Positions 27,866 through 36,906 of a stretch of 64,000 bases of DNA are shown here, piece after piece (position 1 is the stretch's first letter; each line of letters opens with the position of its first letter). The translations under genes were made by a program, and so were the position numbers. Source of the DNA: a virus. The notes under the pieces were generated by a model. It saw only the letters and a list, made by a program, of their open reading frames with translations. It did no database searches and had not been told where the DNA came from. The stretch covers positions 1 to 64,000 of IMG/VR virus record IMGVR_UViG_3300025598_000024. One strand, 5' to 3'.

Positions 27866-28960
27866 CTACCGCATTCCTAGTGTGTTCTTACGCTTTGGTT
27901 TGCCTGTGCCAGTTGGAACTTCTGGGAATACTATGCTGTCACGGGTCCAACCCATGGCTGACGTGTCAATGAACTTGCTCTCTCTTACAGCTGCAGGCAC
28001 ACTCTTTAATCTGGAGTGTGTTGCAACCATGATAGGGTCCAGGTGCAAAACCCCTCCCGGCAGGCCAAGCCTTCTAGCATCTTGCCAGTCCATACCAGCA
28101 GAATTTCTCAGAACCTTTGAAGTAAGTTGTAGAAAAGAACTGGCATTATTATGGCCCATACCATGATCGGTAAAGAACGGATGGGCCTTTGTATCTTCGC
28201 TGCTTCCCATTTCCAGCAGGTGTAAACCACCTATATGGCAAGCAGTAATTAAGTTACGAACATGTACTGGTGCTGCTGATGCTACGTGCGGTGTTCGGCG
28301 GCTTGGCAGCAGATGTTCCAGTGAGTTTCCTATTATTCTTCCGACAGAATGGCATACGGCACAGCCGCTATCTTCTACTCCTGAACAGATACCATCATGG
28401 CATGTAGCAAAGAACGGTGAATAGTCTTCTGTTCGTTGATTTTCTCCTCTATGCCAGCCGTGCATGTGGCTGAGTTGTGTCTGGTGCAGATCATTTATTG
28501 CTTTAAGAGTTGGGGTACCAGTTCTGGAAAAGTCTTCTCGTAGCAGCTCATGATAGCTTGGGAATTTATCAGTGATATCTCTTGCGATTCCATCGGCACC
28601 AGTTATTCGATATTTATGCTCGTTTGGGATCATCAAACATCCATTAGGCTGTAGTCCTACGGCTTCATATATCGAGTACAAAGGCATTGCAAGTTGACTG
28701 GTTGCAACGCTTAAGCGTGGTGAGTTGGTCAGGTTAAGCCTGCCTTGATCGTATGAGCTATCAAGTGCTGGGAAGGTTCCCTGCTTGAACTTTCTCATGT
28801 CATCAGCATTCTGAGCTGTGTTAAGAAAAAGATTGATAAGGTGTGGCTTTTCATAGCTTTCATCCGGCAAGGATGCAGCGTTTTCTAGCATCTCGCTAGA
28901 GTCATTAAACAGCTTTTCAATATGACTGTCAGTAAATTTACTGGAGCTAAATCTATTCAT
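27866..28960 (-). CDS. hypothetical His/Cys-rich protein
   Basis: GGAG RBS before ATG 28960. Confidence 0.7.
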   Translation of the reverse strand: MNRFSSSKFTDSHIEKLFNDSSEMLENAASLPDESYEKPHLINLFLNTAQNADDMRKFKQGTFPALDSSYDQGRLNLTNSPRLSVATSQLAMPLYSIYEAVGLQPNGCLMIPNEHKYRITGADGIARDITDKFPSYHELLREDFSRTGTPTLKAINDLHQTQLSHMHGWHRGENQRTEDYSPFFATCHDGICSGVEDSGCAVCHSVGRIIGNSLEHLLPSRRTPHVASAAPVHVRNLITACHIGGLHLLEMGSSEDTKAHPFFTDHGMGHNNASSFLQLTSKVLRNSAGMDWQDARRLGLPGGVLHLDPIMVATHSRLKSVPAAVRESKFIDTSAMGWTRDSIVFPEVPTGTGKPKRKNTLGMR

Positions 28961-29648
28961 CGCTATCTTCTCCAGAATCAGGACGTGGTAGAGCTCTACC
29001 TGCCTTGCAGTATTGTTTATACATGGGGGCACACTGCCAACGCCCTTCGTTCCTGTTCCATTCCACATGCCTAGCAGGGAAGTTACCGCCACACTTATCA
29101 CAGTGTCTTGCTTTACCCATCGAAGCGAGCACGGCACCGGACCAGCGCTGTCTCTTTTCGTTGATGGTCATCATGACTCTGCTCAATCGATCAGAAAAAG
29201 TTTTATATTCTGTGTTTTTTACACGCGTTAGGCTCTGGAATGCTGGGTGCTGTGTGTTCAGGTCATACTGATGGCTGTAGTCATTGATCAGGCCGTTGGT
29301 CTCTCGCCTGATAGATTCATCAGTATCGTTGGGGAACAGCTGGTGCTGCGCACTGTGCCCAGTTCTTTGTATCTGACTGTCTCCAGAGTTTATAGACTCT
29401 ACTGAGTCTGGACCATACAGATAGACGTGAGTTGTTGGTACAATTTTTCTTCTGCTGGAATCAACCAGGCCTACCTCAACTGTCCTGGTTGGCTCAAGGA
29501 TATTTGTTGTTGTAAAAATATTTAGTGGCGTTGACTGACCACTGGCTGGCTCAAGAGGATCTATTCTTGGTTGAGCTGGGGCACCGTAGTTTGGGTCAGC
29601 ACTGTTAAACGGTGCACGCAATGATTCATCGTTTTTTCCGTCAGCCAT
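28953..29648 (-). CDS. hypothetical protein, C-terminal zinc ribbon
   Basis: CDKC...C......C. Confidence 0.65.
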   Translation of the reverse strand: MADGKNDESLRAPFNSADPNYGAPAQPRIDPLEPASGQSTPLNIFTTTNILEPTRTVEVGLVDSSRRKIVPTTHVYLYGPDSVESINSGDSQIQRTGHSAQHQLFPNDTDESIRRETNGLINDYSHQYDLNTQHPAFQSLTRVKNTEYKTFSDRLSRVMMTINEKRQRWSGAVLASMGKARHCDKCGGNFPARHVEWNRNEGRWQCAPMYKQYCKAGRALPRPDSGEDSDE

Positions 29649-29707
29649 ACAGGTCCCTTACACTCACATACTCCTACAAAATAACAGTGTTTTTACATTA
29701 AAATATA

Positions 29708-30436
29708 CTAGAAGTCCTCTTCTAGATCGGCATCAATGTACTCTTCACCGCTCTCCAGTTCAGCCTGACTGGACCGTGAACGCTTCTTTCGGGCACCCGA
29801 TTCTCCCTGGTAATCTTCAATCTTTTTGAACAGTGCTTGCTTCATATCTGGTGGTAGCACATCACGGATGGCCAGCAGAATCATATCAAGCTGTTGCAGC
29901 AGATCTTCTGGGCGGTAGTCGCTGCTCTCTTCCTTCTCGATGGCCCTGAGCATCTCCATGGCATGCATGGTCTGAGTGAGCGTGGGTTTTTCATACCCCA
30001 TTGCCAGCTCTTCCCAGCCCTTGGCCAGGATAACTTCATAGAATGCCTCAGCTGTGAGCATTCTCTGGCTGGCATCCAGGATACTGATGTTCTTTTCCCT
30101 GGCTCTGCGCTCTACTACCTCACGAACCATACGCTTTTCGAACGGCAGATGGTTCTTCTGGTGGTTGCGGATGTTCTCATAGTTAATCCGCTCCTCCTTG
30201 GGCATGTTCAGCTTCTCTTGCAGAGGCTCAATGGCCCGGAGAACTTCCTTGTAGCTCTTTGGGAACAACAGCAGAGAGTCAACTATGCCACGCAGGTCAT
30301 CGCTGGTGTTGCAGATCTTGCATTGTGGAGAACGCTTGTAAAGATAAAGTTCACCATCGATCTCTTCTGTAAGAAGGTCCTCGGTGGTAGGCGTCATCTT
30401 GACTAGCTCTTTGTATTCACGTGTTCTTCTGTCCAT
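29708..30436 (-). CDS. Zn/HTH protein, possible terminase small subunit
   Basis: CKIC...RNH..NH followed by helical region. Confidence 0.4.
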   Translation of the reverse strand: MDRRTREYKELVKMTPTTEDLLTEEIDGELYLYKRSPQCKICNTSDDLRGIVDSLLLFPKSYKEVLRAIEPLQEKLNMPKEERINYENIRNHQKNHLPFEKRMVREVVERRAREKNISILDASQRMLTAEAFYEVILAKGWEELAMGYEKPTLTQTMHAMEMLRAIEKEESSDYRPEDLLQQLDMILLAIRDVLPPDMKQALFKKIEDYQGESGARKKRSRSSQAELESGEEYIDADLEEDF

Positions 30437-30776
30437 CTTCAGTGCCTTTTTCTATATTGTTTCCAGTCAACAGGGTCCTGGGGTCCACATAAGTTCTATA
30501 GAAGTTGCCGCCAGTTGGTGGTACAGTATCCCAACCGTCCAGCTTGCTGTATACCTCACGCCTGCGCCTTCGATCAATCTGATAGTCACTCATGAAGCCC
30601 CACTCCTTGGCGGCTTCGTTGCCATCACGCTGACGGATATCTTCTCTGGTATCCAGCAGCATCCTGTGAGCAAACCACTCTAACTGTTGAGAATAACTTA
30701 GTTCATCCCAGTGCTTTGGCAGCCGCTCGGCGTACAGCTCGAGCAGATCATCAAAGCTGCTGGAGCTGTTGATCAA
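30417..30776 (-). CDS. hypothetical protein
   Basis: GGAG RBS plus TTG overlapping the upstream stop. Confidence 0.6.
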   Translation of the reverse strand: MINSSSSFDDLLELYAERLPKHWDELSYSQQLEWFAHRMLLDTREDIRQRDGNEAAKEWGFMSDYQIDRRRRREVYSKLDGWDTVPPTGGNFYRTYVDPRTLLTGNNIEKGTEDGQKNT

Positions 30777-31147
30777 CTCTCCTCGTAGTTCTTCCACACC
30801 GTCTCGCACAGATTCTTCAGAGCTTTCCTCTTGTACATGCCCACCTGGCTGCTCCACTTCTGGAACCCCATGATCCTGGCCACTTCCACTTCTTTCCTGT
30901 TCTCCAGACATGATAACACCACAGCCTGTTTCTGACGAGGAGGCAGGCTTTCTATACCTTTCATTAGATCATATATATTAACAGTGACACCATTCAACAG
31001 ATGCAAGTCAGGGTTGCCAGTCTTGAGATAGACCTGTTGCCATTCCATATAATTATTCAGCAGGCGTTCCAGGATCTGCCAGGTCATCTGTCCCTGGATT
31101 ACTTCTTGCTTGCGTGATTTTCTAGGCTTTGGTGCCGGTTCTTCCAT
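30773..31147 (-). CDS. sigma-70 region 4-like HTH protein
   Basis: LPPRQKQAV.L......EVARIMG......V....KALKNL. Confidence 0.8.
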   Translation of the reverse strand: MEEPAPKPRKSRKQEVIQGQMTWQILERLLNNYMEWQQVYLKTGNPDLHLLNGVTVNIYDLMKGIESLPPRQKQAVVLSCLENRKEVEVARIMGFQKWSSQVGMYKRKALKNLCETVWKNYEES

Positions 31148-31148
31148 G

Positions 31149-31706
31149 TTACCCTCGTCTATACAATTGGTTTTGTATATAACGCTGCGAGGCCTTCATG
31201 CTCTGAACCTTGTCGTTGATCATACGCCAGGCTGCATACTGTACAAAATAAAACTGTCTGTCACTCTGTGTTTCGATCTTGGCAACAGCTTCAAGATCCT
31301 TTTGTGTTCCACTACTAGGTTTACGCCAGGCAGTCCAGTACTTGTCATCCAGCATGTACCAGGCGTACTGCGCCTTGAGATACCGTCTGGTAACTTCTTC
31401 TTCGATAGCAGTGATAGCACTCTGTAGGTTCAGGAACAAACGGTCCTGCTCATCAACTGTCATGCTCTTGTCGGTGTTGAACCTGGCGATGATAACCTCA
31501 GCCGGGCGCATGTAGTCCGCCATGAACTGATCTACAACCTGTTCGATACTATCTAGCAGTGACAGGTCTTCCTGTTTTGTCTTCCAGGTGAATGCACGCA
31601 CAGCAAACTCATGCATCTCACTGAACCTGTCGTCATGGTTAGAGCCCAGCTCAGGCTCAGGTGCTGTCTCTAGTGGTGCAAGGCCTCTCTTGAAATTATT
31701 GCTCAC
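31149..31706 (-). CDS. hypothetical helical protein
   Basis: AGGAG RBS, GTG start. Confidence 0.65.
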   Translation of the reverse strand: MSNNFKRGLAPLETAPEPELGSNHDDRFSEMHEFAVRAFTWKTKQEDLSLLDSIEQVVDQFMADYMRPAEVIIARFNTDKSMTVDEQDRLFLNLQSAITAIEEEVTRRYLKAQYAWYMLDDKYWTAWRKPSSGTQKDLEAVAKIETQSDRQFYFVQYAAWRMINDKVQSMKASQRYIQNQLYRRG

Positions 31707-31751
31707 AGTTTTTCTCCTAAGAGTTCTCTACATAAAAAGAGTATATCATAT

Positions 31752-32411
31752 TTATATATCCATTACAAATCCATGATGTTGGCATGGAGGATTTTCTAAA
31801 TAATCCGCGGCTTTTCGTAATATATTAGCATCTTCTTTAGCACCACCGAGCACTCTATGATTACATCTTGAGCATAATAAGCCCCGTATTTGCCCTGTAG
31901 CATGATTGTGGTCTACGGCTAGTCTTTTTTTCTTTGGTATCATTGAACAAATCGCGCACGCTCCACCTTGCTCATCAAGCATCATATTGTAGTCGTCAGC
32001 TGTTATGCCAAAAACTCTTTTTAATCTGTTCGAATGCCCCTCAACAGATCTGCACTCTTTACAGTACCCAGATGGCTTGCCTTTCCTGTAATGAAATTTT
32101 GATACTGGCAAATATTCCTGGCATTTAGTGCAAAAATATTTTCCTGGTGGCATTTCCACTGACAAACGAGGATCAGATTTTTTTCTTCTTGTTTCATTAG
32201 AGCTATCCATTGTGGCTCTACGTATATCTTCTCTGCATTTTAAACAATATTTACTTTTGCTAGATGATGATTTTTCACCACAGGAATAGCATTTGTCGTT
32301 ACCAAAAGGCCTATGTCCCCTAATGTATTCAGCATTACGATTAGCAGGACTACCGCCACACCCACATGCACAAATGTTTTTAAAACCCTTAGCCTTTTGT
32401 GGTGTTGTCAT
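31752..32411 (-). CDS. endonuclease VII-family (HNH) nuclease, probable homing endonuclease
   Basis: CACGCG N-terminus; Q.G.CAIC...LAVDHNH.TG.IRGLLC..CN; AT-rich relative to neighbours. Confidence 0.85.
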   Translation of the reverse strand: MTTPQKAKGFKNICACGCGGSPANRNAEYIRGHRPFGNDKCYSCGEKSSSSKSKYCLKCREDIRRATMDSSNETRRKKSDPRLSVEMPPGKYFCTKCQEYLPVSKFHYRKGKPSGYCKECRSVEGHSNRLKRVFGITADDYNMMLDEQGGACAICSMIPKKKRLAVDHNHATGQIRGLLCSRCNHRVLGGAKEDANILRKAADYLENPPCQHHGFVMDI

Positions 32412-33159
32412 TCTCGCTCCATCGTTCGCAGATGCTCTTGGCAGGGCATACAGTGAACTCTTCAGTGGTCGGACCATTGCAGCAGCTCTTCAGCTCTGAC
32501 GGATCATTGTTACGGATTGCTACCCGTACTCTGCTCCACTTATCATATAACTTATTTAGTTCATCAGGATCAGGCTGTACTTCTATCGCACGCAGCCTGT
32601 GAGGATAACTCTTCTCTACAAACAGCAGAGCCATGCGCTCGGGTGCATCCGGGTGAACGTCCTGGTAAACGCGCAGCTGCATGCTGTAGGTGTGGCTGGC
32701 TTCCAGTGGCAGCTTGTTGCAGGTCTTGATATCAACCAGGAATCTCTCACCATTAGGCATGGTCAGTTCCAGGATATCAATAGCTCCGGCAATCATCCGC
32801 TCTTCGTCACGGATGCGCACCTCTACACTGTCCTCACTGGTGAACCCCAGGTGGATAAGCATGCTCTGCATCATGCTGTGCAGTGCGCTGCCAATCTGGA
32901 AGGTCATCTGCAGGGTGGGGCTGATGCGTTCTTCCTTGTAGAAAGCCCTGAGCTCCGGGTGAAACTTATAGTACAGGTGCATCTCACCCTTGGTGATGTC
33001 TGTGCTGGGGTGATACATGTTATCGAACTTGCGTTCTTTGTTGTACACCCGGATAGGGTATTCTTCTGGCCAGTCGGCATGGATCAATGCCTCTTCGATG
33101 TATGGGGTGATGATCTCATTGCGCTGGTAGCTGGCCAGTGTTCTCTCAAGAAATGTCAT
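32389..33159 (-). CDS. Cas4/RecB-like PD-(D/E)xK exonuclease
   Basis: G.ALH...G.ID...VDIKT...QL..Y; C-terminal Cys cluster. Confidence 0.8.
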   Translation of the reverse strand: MTFLERTLASYQRNEIITPYIEEALIHADWPEEYPIRVYNKERKFDNMYHPSTDITKGEMHLYYKFHPELRAFYKEERISPTLQMTFQIGSALHSMMQSMLIHLGFTSEDSVEVRIRDEERMIAGAIDILELTMPNGERFLVDIKTCNKLPLEASHTYSMQLRVYQDVHPDAPERMALLFVEKSYPHRLRAIEVQPDPDELNKLYDKWSRVRVAIRNNDPSELKSCCNGPTTEEFTVCPAKSICERWSENDNTTKG

Positions 33160-33458
33160 TGAGTGCCCTGTCGAACATCTCCGCGATTTCTTCTTCAGAA
33201 GCCATTGGGCCATCCTCCAGAAGGTTCGTTGAGCCGAGCACAACGGGACGCATCTCGTTGGGGTTGTCTACTTCAAACTCTAGTTCAATTTTCTTTTCCA
33301 TGTCTCTCCTTAAAGGTCCACTCGGCGTTCGATGGCTTCGATCTGTCGGTCTGACAGCATCTTGTTTCTCATAAGCTTTTCAATCTTCAGCTGCAGATCC
33401 TCTACCTTGCGCTCGAGAACCTCAATACGCTTTTCAAAGTACTGCGGTGTGCTCTGCA

Positions 33459-33872
33459 TCATGCTTCTCCTTTTAATCTAAGATATTCATCGTAGAACTC
33501 CAGCCAGTCATTCAGCTGCATCACCACAAGGTCTTCAACAACCTCTAGGGATTCAGGGGTATGGACTCGTGTACCCCAGCTTTCTTCAACTTCTGTTTGA
33601 CCATACAAACGCACTGCCAGTATTGGCCTGGCGTTCCAGGATCTGTCCTGGGCATGCTGCTTGATGGTATCCCACACTTCTTTTGTGATGCTGTACGACT
33701 TCTTTTGTGTGCACTTGCATTCGATATCAAAGGTGATATTGTAAAGCTCAGCTGTCTTTACATCACCCTTCTCGTACTTGGCACCGCTAGCGATGGTACG
33801 TTTGCCCGCTGGCCAGAGATCTTCGATATCTTTCTCGTGCCTGTTGCTCATCCTGCGCTGGAATTCACCCAT
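33459..33872 (-). CDS. Holliday junction resolvase-like PD-(D/E)xK nuclease
   Basis: HE...SGA...KGDV...IECK. Confidence 0.75.
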   Translation of the reverse strand: MGEFQRRMSNRHEKDIEDLWPAGKRTIASGAKYEKGDVKTAELYNITFDIECKCTQKKSYSITKEVWDTIKQHAQDRSWNARPILAVRLYGQTEVEESWGTRVHTPESLEVVEDLVVMQLNDWLEFYDEYLRLKGEA

Positions 33873-34059
33873 CTAGCATCGACTCCACCCAGTTGAGCAG
33901 CTTGATGGCATCACAATCTCCCTCGTACGAACTGATCTCAACAGACTTCTTATCTCCCCTGCCCTTGATCTCAAACTTACGGCACACAGGACAAGAATTG
34001 TTGCCGGTATGACGCTTGCGGATTCTATCACGTTCAGCTTTTGTGATTGCCTTGACCAC
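33865..34059 (-). CDS. small zinc-binding protein
   Basis: R.RH...CPVC...CDAIKLL. Confidence 0.6.
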   Translation of the reverse strand: MVKAITKAERDRIRKRHTGNNSCPVCRKFEIKGRGDKKSVEISSYEGDCDAIKLLNWVESMLDG

Positions 34060-34062
34060 TCT

Positions 34063-34389
34063 TTATCCTTTGCTGTACTTCTCTCTGAACAAACACAGTG
34101 CAATGATGCTGTACACAGCCATATCCATTAGTGAATCCTCAACGCTCTCGTTCTTGAGAGAGTCAGGACCCTGACGTGCAGCCTTCTGCAGCCTGCGCAT
34201 CTTGTCATTGGCACGAACGGTAGCTCCAACCCAACCGTCAATGCCAAAGTCTTCGCTGGCTCTTACGTTAGCGAACGGGTCACCCTGTTCAACTCTGCCG
34301 TAGTCTGCCTGCTTCTTGTCATGCAGTGCAGTGATCTCATCGATCACCTTCTGGAACTCAGTCTTCCCAGAACGAGAGTTGGCTGCCAT
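34063..34389 (-). CDS. DUF1599 / nucleotide-modification-associated domain protein
   Basis: KQADYG..DPFAN...RANDK..RL...ESVEDSL.D.AVY. Confidence 0.8.
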   Translation of the reverse strand: MAANSRSGKTEFQKVIDEITALHDKKQADYGRVEQGDPFANVRASEDFGIDGWVGATVRANDKMRRLQKAARQGPDSLKNESVEDSLMDMAVYSIIALCLFREKYSKG

Positions 34390-34561
34390 CTTGCTTCACC
34401 TTTCTAGTCAGTCCTTCAAGAGACCAAACAGGGTCTGCAATGATCTTGAGATTTTTGTTCTCATAGTCAACCATGAATGTCTTGTCAGCAATCCTGACAC
34501 CAGCCAGCTCATCCGGCCAGTCTTCGACACTGATGTTAATTTCTACGCCCTCTTCTTCCAC
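34358..34561 (-). CDS. hypothetical protein
   Basis: AAGGA RBS. Confidence 0.5.
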   Translation of the reverse strand: MEEEGVEINISVEDWPDELAGVRIADKTFMVDYENKNLKIIADPVWSLEGLTRKVKQDGSQLSFWED

Positions 34562-34795
34562 AATTAATCCTTATCAATCTCTCCGCAATGCTTGCAGTGG
34601 TCTTCTCCAAGTATATACCGTTTTCCACAGGTTGCGCAACGGTATTCAACAGGATTTTCTTCTACCATTCTACACCAAATATTTTCTTACCCAGGTTAAT
34701 GTATACACCACGAGATCCAAAGATAGTTCTGTCATTAATGAACTCAAGACCGAACATGTAGCTATCCCGTGTTTCTCTTAACAGATTGATGGTAA

Positions 34796-35074
34796 TCATA
34801 GCACGTCCGTAACACAAATACCCGAAACATAGTTTACCAAGATCGGCTTGGGGATCGCTCTGCCTTGTGGGTCAGCTCGCAAGATGAACTCAGTCTTTCC
34901 ATGCATCTGCTTGCTCGTAGTCTGAACATGACCGTTGGAATACCGGTACCAGGTGACCAGCTTTCCTGCATGACAGGACCGGACTCCATCATTAACCACA
35001 CGTGCTGGTGAACTAGCGCCCACACTGGATGCTGACAATAACATAGCAATTACTGTAACAATAATCTTCTTCAT
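34796..35074 (-). CDS. secreted hypothetical protein
   Basis: MKKII...SSVGA signal peptide. Confidence 0.6.
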   Translation of the reverse strand: MKKIIVTVIAMLLSASSVGASSPARVVNDGVRSCHAGKLVTWYRYSNGHVQTTSKQMHGKTEFILRADPQGRAIPKPILVNYVSGICVTDVL

Positions 35075-35266
35075 GACATCATCTTTCTCTTCCATACTTC
35101 CAGGTCAAGTCCAACAAACAACAGGCCAATCTGCAGACCAAAATGCCTGCGGCTGATGTGCAACTTCGCACCGAGAGTCAATGAGGTTAAGCTAGCCCAG
35201 AAAGTAAAGTCACTTGACCACTTGTTGTGCTGTGTGTACTTGCCCCACTCTAGTGGCTTTGCCATA

Positions 35267-36382
35267 TCATACCTCCGGGTCGTGGATGTCATCCGTATCG
35301 GCTGTAAGCGGCCTGCCGAAGAAACTGTCTGCGGTATCCGCTTCAACAATAGTATTGCCACGCTTGGTAGCTGTAATGATCTCCGCTTCGAACTCTTCAG
35401 TGCGTCCGCTATTCCATACCAGCTCAAAGAAACTGTCACGGCCCTGAGCTCTCAGGTCTTTCCAGCTGAACCATGATCCCTGACGCTGAACAACTCCCAG
35501 CAGGATACCCATCCTGGCAAGATCTCTACGGGTATCAACGCCTGGGTGATCCAGGAAGACACATGGCTGGTTGTAGAAGTCTGTCCAGCCCTCACGGAAT
35601 GGTGGGCCGTAGCTGTTCTTCACAGTCTTCATCACAACAGGGAAACCAACCTGAGTGTTCTCACCGTTGATCTTGTCAAAGTACTTGTCACTGCCAGGGC
35701 GAAGGTAGATGCGCACACTCATGGCATGCTTGACAGCGTGACCACCAGGGGTCATGGGTCTGTTGTATCCATCCATGTCAGCACGCAACTGGTTAAGATA
35801 GAAACAGGTGACACCGTACAGGTTGGCCAGCGGAGCAACGGTCTGAACGTTACGCTTCATCACTGCAGCGTTGCCACCAACTCGGTCACCCTTATCGGTC
35901 AGCTGTTGCATGCTGTGCTTGGTGGCTGCTGCACCAGTGCTATCCCATACGATTGAACAGATCTCTTTGCTCTTGATCAGGCTAACCATCATGTCAGTTC
36001 CTGTCTCAGCATCCGGTGGCTGTACAACAATAATGTCCTTATCGATTCTCAGCCCCAGCTTCTCTGCCCACTCAGGGTTGAATCGGTGCTCAAGATCGAT
36101 ATAAGCTACCATCTTCTCTCCACCGTAGTAGTCGTAGCAGTCTTTAAGAGCCAAAAGCCCAAAGCTACTCTTGCCACTGTGCTCCTTGCCAAAGAACTCA
36201 ATAAGCTTCCCCTCTGGCCAGCCACCGATAGCCAGCAGGTGTGCCAGCGAAGGTGTAAAGCATGGGATGGCAGTGATTCGCTCCAGCTGATCACCGCGCA
36301 GAACCACTGGCTTGTTGCTGCCCTCAGGAGTGAACTTGTTCAGGTCCTTGATCAGCTTATCGATTGCTTCTTGCTTACCCAT
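35267..36382 (-). CDS. recA: RecA-like recombinase
   Basis: GKEHSGKS, IDLEH, WDS, NQLR, TPGG.A.K. Confidence 0.95.
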   Translation of the reverse strand: MGKQEAIDKLIKDLNKFTPEGSNKPVVLRGDQLERITAIPCFTPSLAHLLAIGGWPEGKLIEFFGKEHSGKSSFGLLALKDCYDYYGGEKMVAYIDLEHRFNPEWAEKLGLRIDKDIIVVQPPDAETGTDMMVSLIKSKEICSIVWDSTGAAATKHSMQQLTDKGDRVGGNAAVMKRNVQTVAPLANLYGVTCFYLNQLRADMDGYNRPMTPGGHAVKHAMSVRIYLRPGSDKYFDKINGENTQVGFPVVMKTVKNSYGPPFREGWTDFYNQPCVFLDHPGVDTRRDLARMGILLGVVQRQGSWFSWKDLRAQGRDSFFELVWNSGRTEEFEAEIITATKRGNTIVEADTADSFFGRPLTADTDDIHDPEV

Positions 36383-36477
36383 ATGTTTCCTCTAGTATGT
36401 CGATGATTATTTCTTCTACGGTATATCTACTATTTACTGCTTGCTTCTCCAGGCTGTTGTATAGATAGTCTGGAATG

Positions 36478-36771
36478 TCAATCGTTATTTCCATAGTGCT
36501 CTTCCTCTGTAGCAAAACGGATACAGCACGCATCACAATCGTGATCCATTACAAAGTCACTGATCATTGCATAAGGGTCATCCGGATCAGGGTGCTTGAT
36601 CTCATGCGAGCATACTCTTGCCATGATCTTCTTGTCAAACATATAAAACTGTCTGAAGTTCCTCATGTGGTGAGGTGTGCGCCTGTGAATAGCACACACA
36701 GGTTCAGTGCATTGGAATGATGTGTGAGTATTGATACTCACTTGCGAGTGTTCTAGCTGTGCGTAGCTCAT
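36478..36771 (-). CDS. His/Cys-rich protein (paralog of 50558-50947)
   Basis: CAIH...H.MR...R.C.H...HPDPD...CD.CC. Confidence 0.65.
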   Translation of the reverse strand: MSYAQLEHSQVSINTHTSFQCTEPVCAIHRRTPHHMRNFRQFYMFDKKIMARVCSHEIKHPDPDDPYAMISDFVMDHDCDACCIRFATEEEHYGNND

Positions 36772-36906
36772 ACCTCTTCCTCCCATTGAGTAAAACGGTT
36801 TCTATTCTTGATACATCTGTGAGAGACCTCACTAGCAATAGCCGTGATCTCTTGCTCACACTTAGGGCACTTCCATGTCTTTGGGTTTACAACTTGCTTG
36901 GCCATG

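Noticed and set aside
32389-33159. Cas4-like nuclease as part of a CRISPR-Cas system
   Set aside because: No repeat-spacer array or other cas genes seen; solo Cas4-like exonucleases are common in phage recombination modules
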